Assembly: GCA_040905465.1 (NCBI GenBank)
Contig: JBBDRK010000029.1
Coordinates: forward strand, 87,521-110,064
Source of the DNA: Trueperaceae bacterium
GTDB taxonomy: Bacteria; Deinococcota; Deinococci; Deinococcales; Trueperaceae
Length of the DNA: 22,544 nucleotides
Direction: 5' to 3'
Position numbers and translations under genes: made by a program. The notes beneath the pieces were generated by a model. That model did no database searches. It had not been told where the DNA came from and was given only the letters and a program-made list of their open reading frames with translations. Positions 8,360 to 16,747 of the stretch are shown here, piece after piece. The number at the start of each line of letters is the position of its first letter. Position 1 is the first letter of the stretch.

Positions 8360-9565
8360 TCAACGACTCAATTCCGTGTTGCGCTGCGCCGGCCGCAGTC
8401 CGAGCACCAGGAAGCGCAGTACCCCCTCCAGGTAGCCGAGTCCGTAACCGGAGTGCAGCAGTGCGAAAGCGGCAACGATGCGTGCGATCGTAGCCGGACG
8501 TCGTGACCTGACAGCTCTCGCCCTGGCAGCTCGCGCCCTGGCACCTGGTGGCCGGTCACCCAACGGCCGGTCACTGCTCGACGCCGCGCCACTCGATGTG
8601 GCGCCGCTCGATGTGGCGCCGCTCGGTGTGGCGCCCCGGGATGCGATCAGCGCGAAACCGAGTGCCCCGGCCAGATATACAGACACCACCAGCAGCAGCG
8701 CCCAGCGCGCCGCCGGCACTACCGGGGCGGCCAGCAGGCACAGTCCCAGCGCCACCATGAAGACGACCGGCACGAGTTGACGCAAGCTAGTTACCGCTCC
8801 GTGCTTGCGATTGACGTAAACCTTCCAGTAGCCGTACTGGTAGTACTGACGGAACAGCTTCGCGAACGAGCTGCGGACCACGTAGCGGCTGCGGATCCGG
8901 GGCGACAGCCAGATCCGGATTCCCGCCCGCGCCAGCCGATAGTTGAACTCGTCATCCTGATTGCGGGTAAGCAGCTCGTCGAAGCGTCCGACCCGGTCGA
9001 ACACCTCGCGCCGGTAGGCGCCGAACGCCAGCGTGTCCACGTAGCCCTCGTAGTCCCCCAGCCGAAAGCGGGCGTTGCCGACGCCGAAGGGCGAGGACAT
9101 CGCCAGCGAGATCGCCCGAGCCGTCTCGTTCACGTTCACGTTCTCGATGGGGCCGCCCACGCAGCCGCACTCCGGGTGCGCGTCGAGTTCCGCCAGGCAG
9201 GAGCGAACGAAGTCCGGGGCGACCGTGGCATGGCCGTCGACGCGGATGATCACCTCACCGGTTGCGACGCCCAGGCCCCGGTTCAGGGCGTAGGGAACGG
9301 TTTTTTCACGGTTGTCGACGAGGCGCACACGAGGATGTTCCTTTGCCAGCTCACATACGATCTCGCGGGTACCGTCGGTGCTCATCCCGTCGACTACCAG
9401 CACCTCCAGGCGTTCCGGCGCCAGGTCGTTGTCGAGTACCGATCGCACCGCAACTTCGATGTGATCCGCTTCGTTGTACACCGGCATGATTACCGACACG
9501 TCTGCGGTGCGCTGAAGAGAGGTCTCACTACCCTTGCTCGCTCGGAGAACGGTTTGCACGGACAT
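8360..9565 (-). CDS. GT2 glycosyltransferase, succinoglycan ExoA-like, with C-terminal TM helices
   Basis: VSVIMPVYNE, VDGMSTDGT, IRVDGHA, SSPFGVGNARFR, LTRNQDDEFNYRL, QYYQYGYWKV and C-terminal HSGYGLGYL. Confidence 0.92.
   Translation of the reverse strand: MSVQTVLRASKGSETSLQRTADVSVIMPVYNEADHIEVAVRSVLDNDLAPERLEVLVVDGMSTDGTREIVCELAKEHPRVRLVDNREKTVPYALNRGLGVATGEVIIRVDGHATVAPDFVRSCLAELDAHPECGCVGGPIENVNVNETARAISLAMSSPFGVGNARFRLGDYEGYVDTLAFGAYRREVFDRVGRFDELLTRNQDDEFNYRLARAGIRIWLSPRIRSRYVVRSSFAKLFRQYYQYGYWKVYVNRKHGAVTSLRQLVPVVFMVALGLCLLAAPVVPAARWALLLVVSVYLAGALGFALIASRGATPSGATSSGATSSGAASSSDRPLGDRPPGARARAARARAVRSRRPATIARIVAAFALLHSGYGLGYLEGVLRFLVLGLRPAQRNTELSR
8512..8635. repeat. Two in-frame 15-bp tandem repeat arrays inside the ExoA-like gene
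   Basis: 8586-8635: gcgccactcgatgtg / gcgccgctcgatgtg / gcgccgctcggtgtg / gcgcc. 8512-8541: cagctctcgccctgg / cagctcgcgccctgg. Confidence 0.85.
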
Positions 9566-9566
9566 A

Positions 9567-10829
9567 TCAGGAGGTCGCCAGACTCTGCTGCGACTCGGGG
9601 AGTTCGTGAGAAGTTCCGCGTCGGCGCCGGACCGCCCGCCGCCAGAGCTCGAGATACCTGGCGCCGCTCGCGTCCAGATCGAAGTTCGACACCACCTGGC
9701 GGTGGGCTGCGTCTATCAGGCTCTGCGTTTCGACCTGGCCGGACAACACCCGCTGCACTATCTCAACAGCGTTGTGGACGTCGCCTGCCGGGACCACGAA
9801 GCCGTTCACTCCGTCGACCACCAGCTCCTCGATGCCGGGAGTGGGGGTGGTCACGCATACGCAGCGGCACGCCATTCCCTCCTTGACCACGTTGGGGAGA
9901 CGCTCTCCACTGGCCTTGGTGAGCAGCAGGAACACCTCGGCTTCCGCCAGTTCCTCGACTACCCGCTCGTGGCTCACGTGTCCCAGGAACTCGACCGCTC
10001 CGTCGACACCGAGCGCCGCCGCCCGGGCCTTCAATCCCGCCGCTTCGGGGCCGTCCCCCAGCACGCGCAGAGTCGCGGTCGGCCACTTCCGCCTTACCCG
10101 CGCCAGCACGTCGATCGCTTCGTACATGCCCTTCGCTTCGGTCAGGCGGCCAACCGTGACCATGCGGCCGGGAACCTTCCTCCGGCCCGCGACGATTGCC
10201 TCCAGTTTTTCGACGTCGACGCCGTCGTAGACGATTTCTACCCGGCTCCTTTCGATTCCCGCCAGCGACGCGACATGGCCAACGTTCGTCTCCGCCAGGG
10301 TACGAACCGTGTCGGCGTTCCTCGCGACGTCCATACCACCGCCGTACTCCATTTCCAGGTCGTAGGCGACGAATGAGATCGAGGTGGCCACGTCCGGCAG
10401 GTACCGCTGCACCAGATGTCCCACGATGGCTGGATAATGGGCCCAGTAGACGTGCACCACGTCCGGCCTCTCGCGCCTGATCCGGTCGAGGATCCCGAAC
10501 GCGCGCGGAAGCAACAGCAGGCTCCTGGCGAGTTGATCGGGTCTTCGGTGATTGTGCCGAACCAGCCAGCCGATGGCGCTCACCAGTCGAAGCGGCCTCC
10601 GCAACGCGGTGGCCAGCCCGGCCGACGTGGCGGCGAGCGAATTGTGGGTAATCTCCACCCCTCGCAGTCGCCTCTCGGCGATCAGGTCCTTGGCGAAAGC
10701 GTGCGGTTCGCGCATGGCGTGAACCGAGACCGTCAGGCCGCATTCGCGCAGCCATCGGACATCGTTGCTGGCGAACGTTTCCGACGGCGCAGGAAACTGC
10801 ATCGTCACGTAACAGACTTTCAAGCGCAC
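9567..10829 (-). CDS. GT4 glycosyltransferase (paralogue of 18891..20141)
   Basis: VCYVTMQFPAPSETFASND, VGRLTEAKG and ERLPNVVKEGMAC (EX7E). GTG start. Confidence 0.9.
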   Translation of the reverse strand: MRLKVCYVTMQFPAPSETFASNDVRWLRECGLTVSVHAMREPHAFAKDLIAERRLRGVEITHNSLAATSAGLATALRRPLRLVSAIGWLVRHNHRRPDQLARSLLLLPRAFGILDRIRRERPDVVHVYWAHYPAIVGHLVQRYLPDVATSISFVAYDLEMEYGGGMDVARNADTVRTLAETNVGHVASLAGIERSRVEIVYDGVDVEKLEAIVAGRRKVPGRMVTVGRLTEAKGMYEAIDVLARVRRKWPTATLRVLGDGPEAAGLKARAAALGVDGAVEFLGHVSHERVVEELAEAEVFLLLTKASGERLPNVVKEGMACRCVCVTTPTPGIEELVVDGVNGFVVPAGDVHNAVEIVQRVLSGQVETQSLIDAAHRQVVSNFDLDASGARYLELWRRAVRRRRGTSHELPESQQSLATS

Positions 10830-10927
10830 CCCCGTGCGTTACCCCGCGTGCTCGTATTCGGCTTGCCACCCACCGCCGCGGAACTATTACCGCGTCCAGG
10901 TTCGCGACTTCATCCGCTCGTGCGCTT

Positions 10928-10971
10928 ACTTTACGTGCAGCAGAGGCGCGGGCCGGCCCAGGGGTCACAGC
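10928..10971 (-). promoter_or_regulatory. Candidate promoter GCTGTGAC-N30-TAAAGT for the GT4-ExoA-DegT-PGT operon
   Basis: TGTGA at 10969-10965, 31 nt spacer, TAAAGT at 10933-10928. Confidence 0.6.
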
Positions 10972-10979
10972 AGCCGACT

Positions 10980-11021
10980 TGTGAGGGGTGAGAAGAAACG
11001 GCCAGGCGGATCGTCTACTGT
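10980..11021 (+). promoter_or_regulatory. Candidate leaderless promoter TGTGA-N31-TACTGT-N6-GTG for lipoprotein A
   Basis: TGTGA at 10980-10984, TACTGT at 11016-11021, GTG at 11028, no Shine-Dalgarno. Confidence 0.6.
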
Positions 11022-11027
11022 GCCCTC

Positions 11028-12431
11028 GTGTATCACAACTCGTCAACAGCCCGCCGCCGTTCCGCCCACACGCCGACCGGCAAGCTGTTCACCAGCCTGA
11101 TCCTCGCTCCGGTCGCGCTCCTGCTCCTGGGAGCCGGATGCGTTCCGGGCAATGTCGAGACAGACGTAGCCCAGCCGTTTCTGGCTTCCGTCCGGCAGGC
11201 GCGTCTGGTCAACGACGCCGTGCCGATGAGAGGCAACCCGGAGTTCGAGCGGGAACGGCTTCCCCGGCCGGCCGCCCAGCTCTACGACGCCCTGTGGGAG
11301 TCCATCGCGCTTCCCGAGCAACTGGAGTACATAGAAGCGCTCGCAGCCAGCGACAACCTCTACAACTACGGCCGACTGGTGCAGACCCACATCAGCTCCC
11401 TGCTCCTGGCGTTTCGGTTCACCGGCGACCTCGCCTTGCTCGACCGGGTGGATGAGCTGACCCAGCTCATGCGTGAGCAGTTGGACGACTCCTGGCGAAA
11501 CGTCGCCAGCGGAGACCGGCGCGACGGGACCGACGGGTACCTCAACTGGGTGTGGGGCCAGGGGACCTCGGACCACCACGTCGGCAAGGACCTCCATGTG
11601 ACGGACGAGATCAGGACGCACGCGCTTATAGCCGAGGTAGCCTGGGCATTCCGACTGAATGAGGACCTGGCCAGTCCCGGCGGTGTCGATTACGGCGAGC
11701 GCGGCGACTTCTGGCAGACCTACCTGCAGGATCACTTCGAGGCCAAGTGGCGGAAACGAAACGGCATCGCCTGGCCAAGATTCCCGTTCCTGCAACGCCC
11801 CTACGTCCACCCCACGCTGGCGTTCACCAAATACCACTACTACATGCACCGGCTGACAGAGCAGCCGGTCTACCTGCGCGAGGCGATGCGACTGAGCGAG
11901 CTGCTGTTCGGCGAGTTCTTCGAGGTGGACACTGCCGCCGGCGCCGCCTTCGTCTGGCGGCGCAGCATAGTCTCGCAAGGCGGCGGACAGGACTACCTGA
12001 TGCCCACCGACTACAGCAGCCTGGTGATCGCCGACGCACTGTCCTTGCACCTCGACGGGTTCTACGGCTGGGCGGACCCGCGCGTGCCGCGAAGTCTGGC
12101 GGCTACCGTTTCCGAGTTCATCATCGACAACGGAGCCATCGACTTCGCGCGAGACATCGGAGGCGGGGAGATTCGCGCGGGGATTCAGCCCTCCTCCGCC
12201 CGCGACTGGGAACGAGTGACGGTGAGCGAGTTCAGCATCAACACTTTCGCGCTGCTCGCCCGCTGGGATGAGACCGGCGAAATCGGGCGGGTGTCAGCCG
12301 AGATCTATGAGCGGCTGTCGCCCGAGCACCATTACCCGTACATCCCTGTGGGGCTCGTGGCCGCTCAACTGATCGAGCGGCCGGGCAGCGAGCCGATGGT
12401 GCCGGAGGATCTGCTCGACGAGCCGGGCTAG
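11028..12431 (+). CDS. Uncharacterised lipoprotein A, probable alpha/alpha-toroid enzyme domain
   Basis: Basic N-region, hydrophobic stretch and LGAG-C38 lipobox-like site. Helical-hairpin-like motifs FRFTGDLALLD and RLTEQPVYLREA. Colinear similarity to 16748..18472 supports that it is coding. The fold is an inference. Confidence 0.8.
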   Translation: MYHNSSTARRRSAHTPTGKLFTSLILAPVALLLLGAGCVPGNVETDVAQPFLASVRQARLVNDAVPMRGNPEFERERLPRPAAQLYDALWESIALPEQLEYIEALAASDNLYNYGRLVQTHISSLLLAFRFTGDLALLDRVDELTQLMREQLDDSWRNVASGDRRDGTDGYLNWVWGQGTSDHHVGKDLHVTDEIRTHALIAEVAWAFRLNEDLASPGGVDYGERGDFWQTYLQDHFEAKWRKRNGIAWPRFPFLQRPYVHPTLAFTKYHYYMHRLTEQPVYLREAMRLSELLFGEFFEVDTAAGAAFVWRRSIVSQGGGQDYLMPTDYSSLVIADALSLHLDGFYGWADPRVPRSLAATVSEFIIDNGAIDFARDIGGGEIRAGIQPSSARDWERVTVSEFSINTFALLARWDETGEIGRVSAEIYERLSPEHHYPYIPVGLVAAQLIERPGSEPMVPEDLLDEPG

Positions 12432-13549
12432 TCGCCAGGCAACAGCAACTCCAGATAGGAGTCGAAGCTCGATTGCTCGGAAAAGCTCCTGCTGCGCAGC
12501 TTCGCTTGCTCAGCAGGCGGCGGGCAACGCAGCGTCTCCAGCACCGCCTCGGCAATCGCGTGGTGGTCGCCGACCGGCACCAGTTTTCCGTACCGGCCGT
12601 CCTCCAGCACCTCGCGGGGACCGTTCGGACAGTCGGTACTCACGACCGGGCAACCGCACGCCATGGCCTGAATCAGTGAGCCGGGCAGGCCCTCTCGCTC
12701 GGAGGACAGGACATAGACCGACGCTCGTGCCATGTACGGAAAGGGGTTGGCGATGAAGCCGGGCAGGCAGGTGCTCTCTTCGATCCCGAGCTCTTCGGAC
12801 AACCGCTCGAGGCGCTGCCGCTCGGCGCCTTCGCCGAGGATCACCAGCCGCGCGTCGACTCGGCCGCGCACGAGAGCGAACGCCCGCAGCAACGACTGGA
12901 AGTCCTTTTCCGCACCAAGCCGGCCGACGCTCAGCAGCACCGGTGGCGACCCGGGGCGGAACCAGGGGTGGTCGATCGCCTCACTGGCTGCCTCCGGCAG
13001 GCTGTCCGCCACGACCGGGTTGTAGATGGTCGTGATCTTGCTGCCGGGAACGCCGAGGTACTCGCGGAGATCGCGAGCCACGCCGTGCGAGACCGCTACC
13101 ACCGCGTCCGCATGCGGGTAGAAGACTCGGGAGAGACGGCGGGCGAACCGGGTCTTGACGTCCAGTCCGTTGGGTTTGACCATCGAGGGCGTGCTCGCTT
13201 CTCGAATCACCACCCTTATGCGCTTGCCGCTGGTACGGGCCGCCCAAAGCAGCGCCAGGCTGGCATGTGGCAGCGTGCCCAGCGCCGCGGCCGGTCGTTT
13301 GTCGGCGAGATATCGCCTGAGACGCGGAACGCTTGCCAACGCGCTGTTGGAATCGAGGTCTACGACGTTGACGTGCGCCTGCGCCTCGGCCAGGTACGGT
13401 CCGTAGGCTTTGGCCAATACCAGATCGACCCGCACCCCACGCGATCGCAGGCCGCGCGCCAGCGTGAGCATCATCCGCTCGGCGCCCCCGCCCTCCAGGT
13501 TCGGCAGGTAGAGCGATATCAACTTTTCGGCGGCAACCTTGGCCGTCAC
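12428..13549 (-). CDS. GT4 glycosyltransferase (WabH/PglJ-like)
   Basis: LPNLEGGGAERMM, VAVSHGV, IYNPV, VGRLGAEKD, NPFPYM, SSEREGLPGSLIQAMACG and TDCPNGPREVL. GTG 13549 overlaps the upstream TGA (GTGA), so the longer ORF-track start is spurious. Confidence 0.9.
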   Translation of the reverse strand: MTAKVAAEKLISLYLPNLEGGGAERMMLTLARGLRSRGVRVDLVLAKAYGPYLAEAQAHVNVVDLDSNSALASVPRLRRYLADKRPAAALGTLPHASLALLWAARTSGKRIRVVIREASTPSMVKPNGLDVKTRFARRLSRVFYPHADAVVAVSHGVARDLREYLGVPGSKITTIYNPVVADSLPEAASEAIDHPWFRPGSPPVLLSVGRLGAEKDFQSLLRAFALVRGRVDARLVILGEGAERQRLERLSEELGIEESTCLPGFIANPFPYMARASVYVLSSEREGLPGSLIQAMACGCPVVSTDCPNGPREVLEDGRYGKLVPVGDHHAIAEAVLETLRCPPPAEQAKLRSRSFSEQSSFDSYLELLLPGD

Positions 13550-14835
13550 TCGCTGCTTTCGAACCGGTAAGCGGCCCCGACCGGGGTTCCGTCCCTTGCG
13601 GAACCGGGGGCGCCTACCAGCAGAGTCGTTCCCGCGACGTCCAGTGCTCCGCCGAACTCGGCATCGCGAGTGGGGTCGCCGGCGGTCAACGCCCTGCGGT
13701 AAACCCATTCCTCCCCCTGGAGTTCGTAGAGAAGAACACGGCCGGCTCCGGGAACATCGCTTCCGGCGGCGGGCGCCGCGATTGCAAGGAAGCCGTCGCC
13801 CTGGGCGACGGCGTTGCCGAACCCGACGTTCGCTCCGGTGGGAGGTTGCAGGGTCGCATGCGAGTACCAGGCGCCTGCCGACGCCCGGTAGACGTGCACT
13901 GTCGGCGTGCCAGAGCCTCCCGGGGCGGCGACAGCTAACGTCTCGCCGGACAGGGCAAGCGCGTAGCCGAATCTGTCTCCCGCCACGGGTGAAATGGCGG
14001 TCCACTGGTGAGTCCAGCCTCCGGCTCCGCTATCGCCTGCCCAGGCATAGAGGTGAGCGCGACCGGCTTCGCCCTGATCGGCCGTCCACTCGCCGACGGC
14101 GAGCCTTCCGCCGGCGAGCGCCACGGCCGAGCCGAAGCGCGATTCGACTATCGGTTCGCGGGGTGTGAGGCTAGCGACCTCGCTCCAACCGCTCTCGCCT
14201 CGAACGAACACGTATGCCGAGCCGGCGCCGGGACCGGGTGCTCCCACGGCGATCACGCCGTCCTCGACCGCGACCGATTCGCCGAAATAGGCTTGGGGCC
14301 GAGCGTCGCCGGGCTCCAGTCTGGCTGTCGCGCTCCAGTCGCTTCCCTGCCGTTCGAATACGAAAACTGCACCGGCTCTATCGCCGGCCTGCGAGTGGTA
14401 CGGCGCGCCAACCACCACGGTGTCACCGTCCACCGCGACCGCGCTCCCGAACAGAGATCCCGGTTCCGCCAACGACTCTCCCAGCCTGACGCCCTGCGCA
14501 GGAGACGACGAGAGGTCGAACACGTAAGCGGCGCCGGGGGCGTTTCCACCCACCTGACTCCCGATTGCGCCCACGACTGCGTAACGAGAGGTGAGCGCCA
14601 CCGAACCGCCGAACTGGTCGAACGGCGTCGGCGCCGGCGGGTCCAGCTTCAGTTCGCCGACGAAGGCGGTGAGATCGGAGGCAGCGGGAGACGCTCGTCC
14701 GGGCGGACCCTCACCCGATGACGCGCCACAGGACGTTAGCGACCCGAACGCAACGGCGACAAGCAGCCACGCTGAAAGGGATGAAACGCCTCTGCCCGCA
14801 GGGACGCGCATGGCGCCCCGCCTTAGACTGTACAC
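13546..14835 (-). CDS. FG-GAP repeat (integrin-alpha-like seven-bladed beta-propeller) lipoprotein
   Basis: Seven FG.s/aVA...vGAP repeats (DQFGGSVAL, LFGSAVAV, YFGESVAV, RFGSAVAL, RFGYALAL, GFGNAVAQ, EFGGALDV) and an LTS-C lipobox-like site. AGGAG lies 6 nt before GTG 14835. Alternative starts are TTG 14841 and ATG 14811. Confidence 0.88.
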   Translation of the reverse strand: MYSLRRGAMRVPAGRGVSSLSAWLLVAVAFGSLTSCGASSGEGPPGRASPAASDLTAFVGELKLDPPAPTPFDQFGGSVALTSRYAVVGAIGSQVGGNAPGAAYVFDLSSSPAQGVRLGESLAEPGSLFGSAVAVDGDTVVVGAPYHSQAGDRAGAVFVFERQGSDWSATARLEPGDARPQAYFGESVAVEDGVIAVGAPGPGAGSAYVFVRGESGWSEVASLTPREPIVESRFGSAVALAGGRLAVGEWTADQGEAGRAHLYAWAGDSGAGGWTHQWTAISPVAGDRFGYALALSGETLAVAAPGGSGTPTVHVYRASAGAWYSHATLQPPTGANVGFGNAVAQGDGFLAIAAPAAGSDVPGAGRVLLYELQGEEWVYRRALTAGDPTRDAEFGGALDVAGTTLLVGAPGSARDGTPVGAAYRFESSE

Positions 14836-14968
14836 ACTCAACTCCTGCCCCCCGCCTTGGCTCCTGCTCTGACCGTAACTATCCCAACGGTCCGCCGCGC
14901 CTGTGAAGTCCGCTCCCCGGCCCGCCGGCCGGCGAGCACGCTCGAAGGCACTGACGCCGCTCCAGCCT

Positions 14969-15013
14969 TTGATACACCCTATACCCGGCCTCGGGCGGGC
15001 CTGGTGTCACAGC
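14969..15013 (-). promoter_or_regulatory. Candidate promoter GCTGTGAC-N31-TATCAA for the FG-GAP/GT4 operon
   Basis: TGTGA at 15011-15007, 32 nt spacer, imperfect -10 TATCAA at 14974-14969. Confidence 0.4.
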
Positions 15014-15135
15014 CGGGCGGCGGAGATGTCCGTACCGCGGGCCGCCTATTCGAGACCGCGGGAACCGGCGCACGCGTCCGCTTGCCGTGTATTTGGCCGC
15101 GCATCTGACCGGGCATCCCGCAAGCGGCGGCGACC

Positions 15136-15167
15136 CCTGACCGTCGCTACCTTCCGCGCCGGTCAGG
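15136..15167 (-). terminator. Possible stem-loop overlapping the capK-like stop codon
   Basis: CCTGACCG/CGGTCAGG 8-bp arms plus an inner CGC/GCG pair. No U-tract. Confidence 0.25.
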
Positions 15168-16545
15168 CGGCGAGGTTCGATACGACCGCGCGGAACTTGC
15201 CGTTCGACGAGCGCGCGATCGTGTCCACATTCTCTACCTCGACACGCACCCTCCCCAACCGCTCATTGAGCCGCTCTTCTATGAACTGCACGTCACGAAG
15301 CGAGTAGCCGTCGGCCGGCACGACCTTCACCACTATCCGGTCCACCGACTCCTGGATTATCTGCGCTTCCTTGACGGCCAACTGGTAGAAGACGTGATCC
15401 ATCTGGAACACGCGCCGTCCGTCGGCGGTAAGAAGGTTGTCGCTGAGGCGTCCGACGATTCGCTCGAGCCGCGGCAGAGAGCGTCCGCAACTGCAGCCCT
15501 GCTCGGTCGACAACGCGCCGCGATCCCCGACCTCGTAACGTATCAGCGGCATGTCCGGATTGAGCCAGGAGGTGCAGATCAGCCGGCCGTCCTCCCCGGT
15601 TGCGACCGGTTCGTTGCTCAGATCCGCGAAGACCTCGACGCGCCCGACTTCGGGCCAGAGGTGCATGTTGCCGGCCTCGCACTCACTCGCCGCCGTGACT
15701 GCTTCAGACATGCCGTAGGTATCTCGAACCCGACAATCGAACGCTCGTGTAATCGCCTCTCGCTGACGCTGGAGCAAAGGTTCGGCGTTGCTTATCGCCA
15801 CCTTCAGCTTTGGCGCTTCGAGACCCAGTTCAATGGCGTAGCGCGCAAGAGCGTACATGGAGGAGGCGTAGCCGTACATGTAATCGATGCGCGAGCTTCC
15901 GATAGCGTCCAGGTAGGCGCGGGCGTTATCCCGTTTGAGGTGAAACGTGGACATGTAGAGCTGGTTGAGCCCCTGATTCCAGACCCAGAACGGCGGCCTC
16001 GCCTGCTCGAAGGGAACGACGATCTTGCCGCCCAACATCGCCCAGCGCTGCTCGCGGTCGACACCGTACCAACGCCGCCAGCGTGCCTCGCAAAGGGCGT
16101 ACCAGCGTTGCATCGTTTCCCGGCTCCGCCAGGTGGTAACCGGGGTACCGGAAGAACCGCTGGTGTCGAGTTTGAAGAGCCTGCCGGGCGATCTGTCTTC
16201 GGCCAGGAATGCATGCGGGTTCGATCGGAGGTGCTCCTTGCGGAGGACCGGCCAGTTTTTCAACTCTTCGCACGAAGAACGGTCGCCTGCCCGGCGTCGC
16301 GCCTGCCACCACTCACGGTAGTAGGGGACCTTGCGAGCCGCGCGGTGCAGCATCTCGGCGAGGCGCTCATCCTGGAACGACTCCCAACGCTCGCTGCTCC
16401 ACGTCTCCCTGTCGAGTGCCTCTTCGACCCAAGCCTCGGTGCGTGGTCCGTAGCGCCACCCACGCAACAAGTACCCATAGCCGCTCGCCATCGCCGAGCG
16501 CAGCACCGGCATCGAGTCATAGATCTTGTGCAGCACAACGTTCAT
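15163..16545 (-). CDS. CapK-like / phenylacetate-CoA ligase family adenylate-forming enzyme
   Basis: VPYYR, TSGSSGTP (P-loop), GYASS, DTYGMSE, MPLIRYEVGD, IVGRLSD and SSNGKFR. ATG 16545 lies 9 nt after TACAAT. Confidence 0.88.
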   Translation of the reverse strand: MNVVLHKIYDSMPVLRSAMASGYGYLLRGWRYGPRTEAWVEEALDRETWSSERWESFQDERLAEMLHRAARKVPYYREWWQARRRAGDRSSCEELKNWPVLRKEHLRSNPHAFLAEDRSPGRLFKLDTSGSSGTPVTTWRSRETMQRWYALCEARWRRWYGVDREQRWAMLGGKIVVPFEQARPPFWVWNQGLNQLYMSTFHLKRDNARAYLDAIGSSRIDYMYGYASSMYALARYAIELGLEAPKLKVAISNAEPLLQRQREAITRAFDCRVRDTYGMSEAVTAASECEAGNMHLWPEVGRVEVFADLSNEPVATGEDGRLICTSWLNPDMPLIRYEVGDRGALSTEQGCSCGRSLPRLERIVGRLSDNLLTADGRRVFQMDHVFYQLAVKEAQIIQESVDRIVVKVVPADGYSLRDVQFIEERLNERLGRVRVEVENVDTIARSSNGKFRAVVSNLAA

Positions 16546-16554
16546 TGATGCACA

Positions 16555-16598
16555 ATTGTACGAACCGGCGAGTCCGCGCAAAACGCACGGGTCACAGC
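16555..16598 (-). promoter_or_regulatory. Candidate promoter GCTGTGAC-N30-TACAAT-N9-ATG for the capK-like gene
   Basis: TGTGA at 16596-16592, 31 nt spacer, TACAAT at 16560-16555, no Shine-Dalgarno. Confidence 0.65.
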
Positions 16599-16608
16599 TC
16601 TCCGAAGC

Positions 16609-16645
16609 GGTGGCGGAGACGAGCACCCTGCCCGTCTCCGCCACC
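16609..16645 (-). terminator. Strong GC hairpin downstream of lipoprotein B (terminator-like or stabilising)
   Basis: Perfect 13-bp arms GGTGGCGGAGACG/CGTCTCCGCCACC. On the minus strand it extends to 17 bp with one G-U pair and a GGG loop. No adjacent U-tract. Confidence 0.45.
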
Positions 16646-16747
16646 CGATCCCGATCCTTTTCTGGCCTGGAGCTCAGCCGGCCTCGGCCACATCAGCCGG
16701 AATCGGGACGATCTCCGGCACCTGCGTTCGCCGGCCTCGCGTCGCGC

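Noticed and set aside
11049-11063. ARRRS in the lipoprotein A signal as a possible Tat motif
   Set aside because: It lacks the RRxFL-type consensus; more likely an ordinary basic N-region.
13550-14005. N-terminal extension of the GT4 ORF 12428..14005
   Set aside because: It is Arg-rich out-of-frame text overlapping the FG-GAP gene; GT homology begins at GTG 13549.
14871-14892. GACCGT/ACGGTC hairpin in the FG-GAP leader as a second riboswitch
   Set aside because: Only 6 bp, and no c-di-GMP-I or -II consensus was found by eye in this or the other intergenic regions.
16546-16644. N-terminal extension of the capK-like ORF to 16644
   Set aside because: It would run through the hairpin and the candidate promoter; ATG 16545 fits better.
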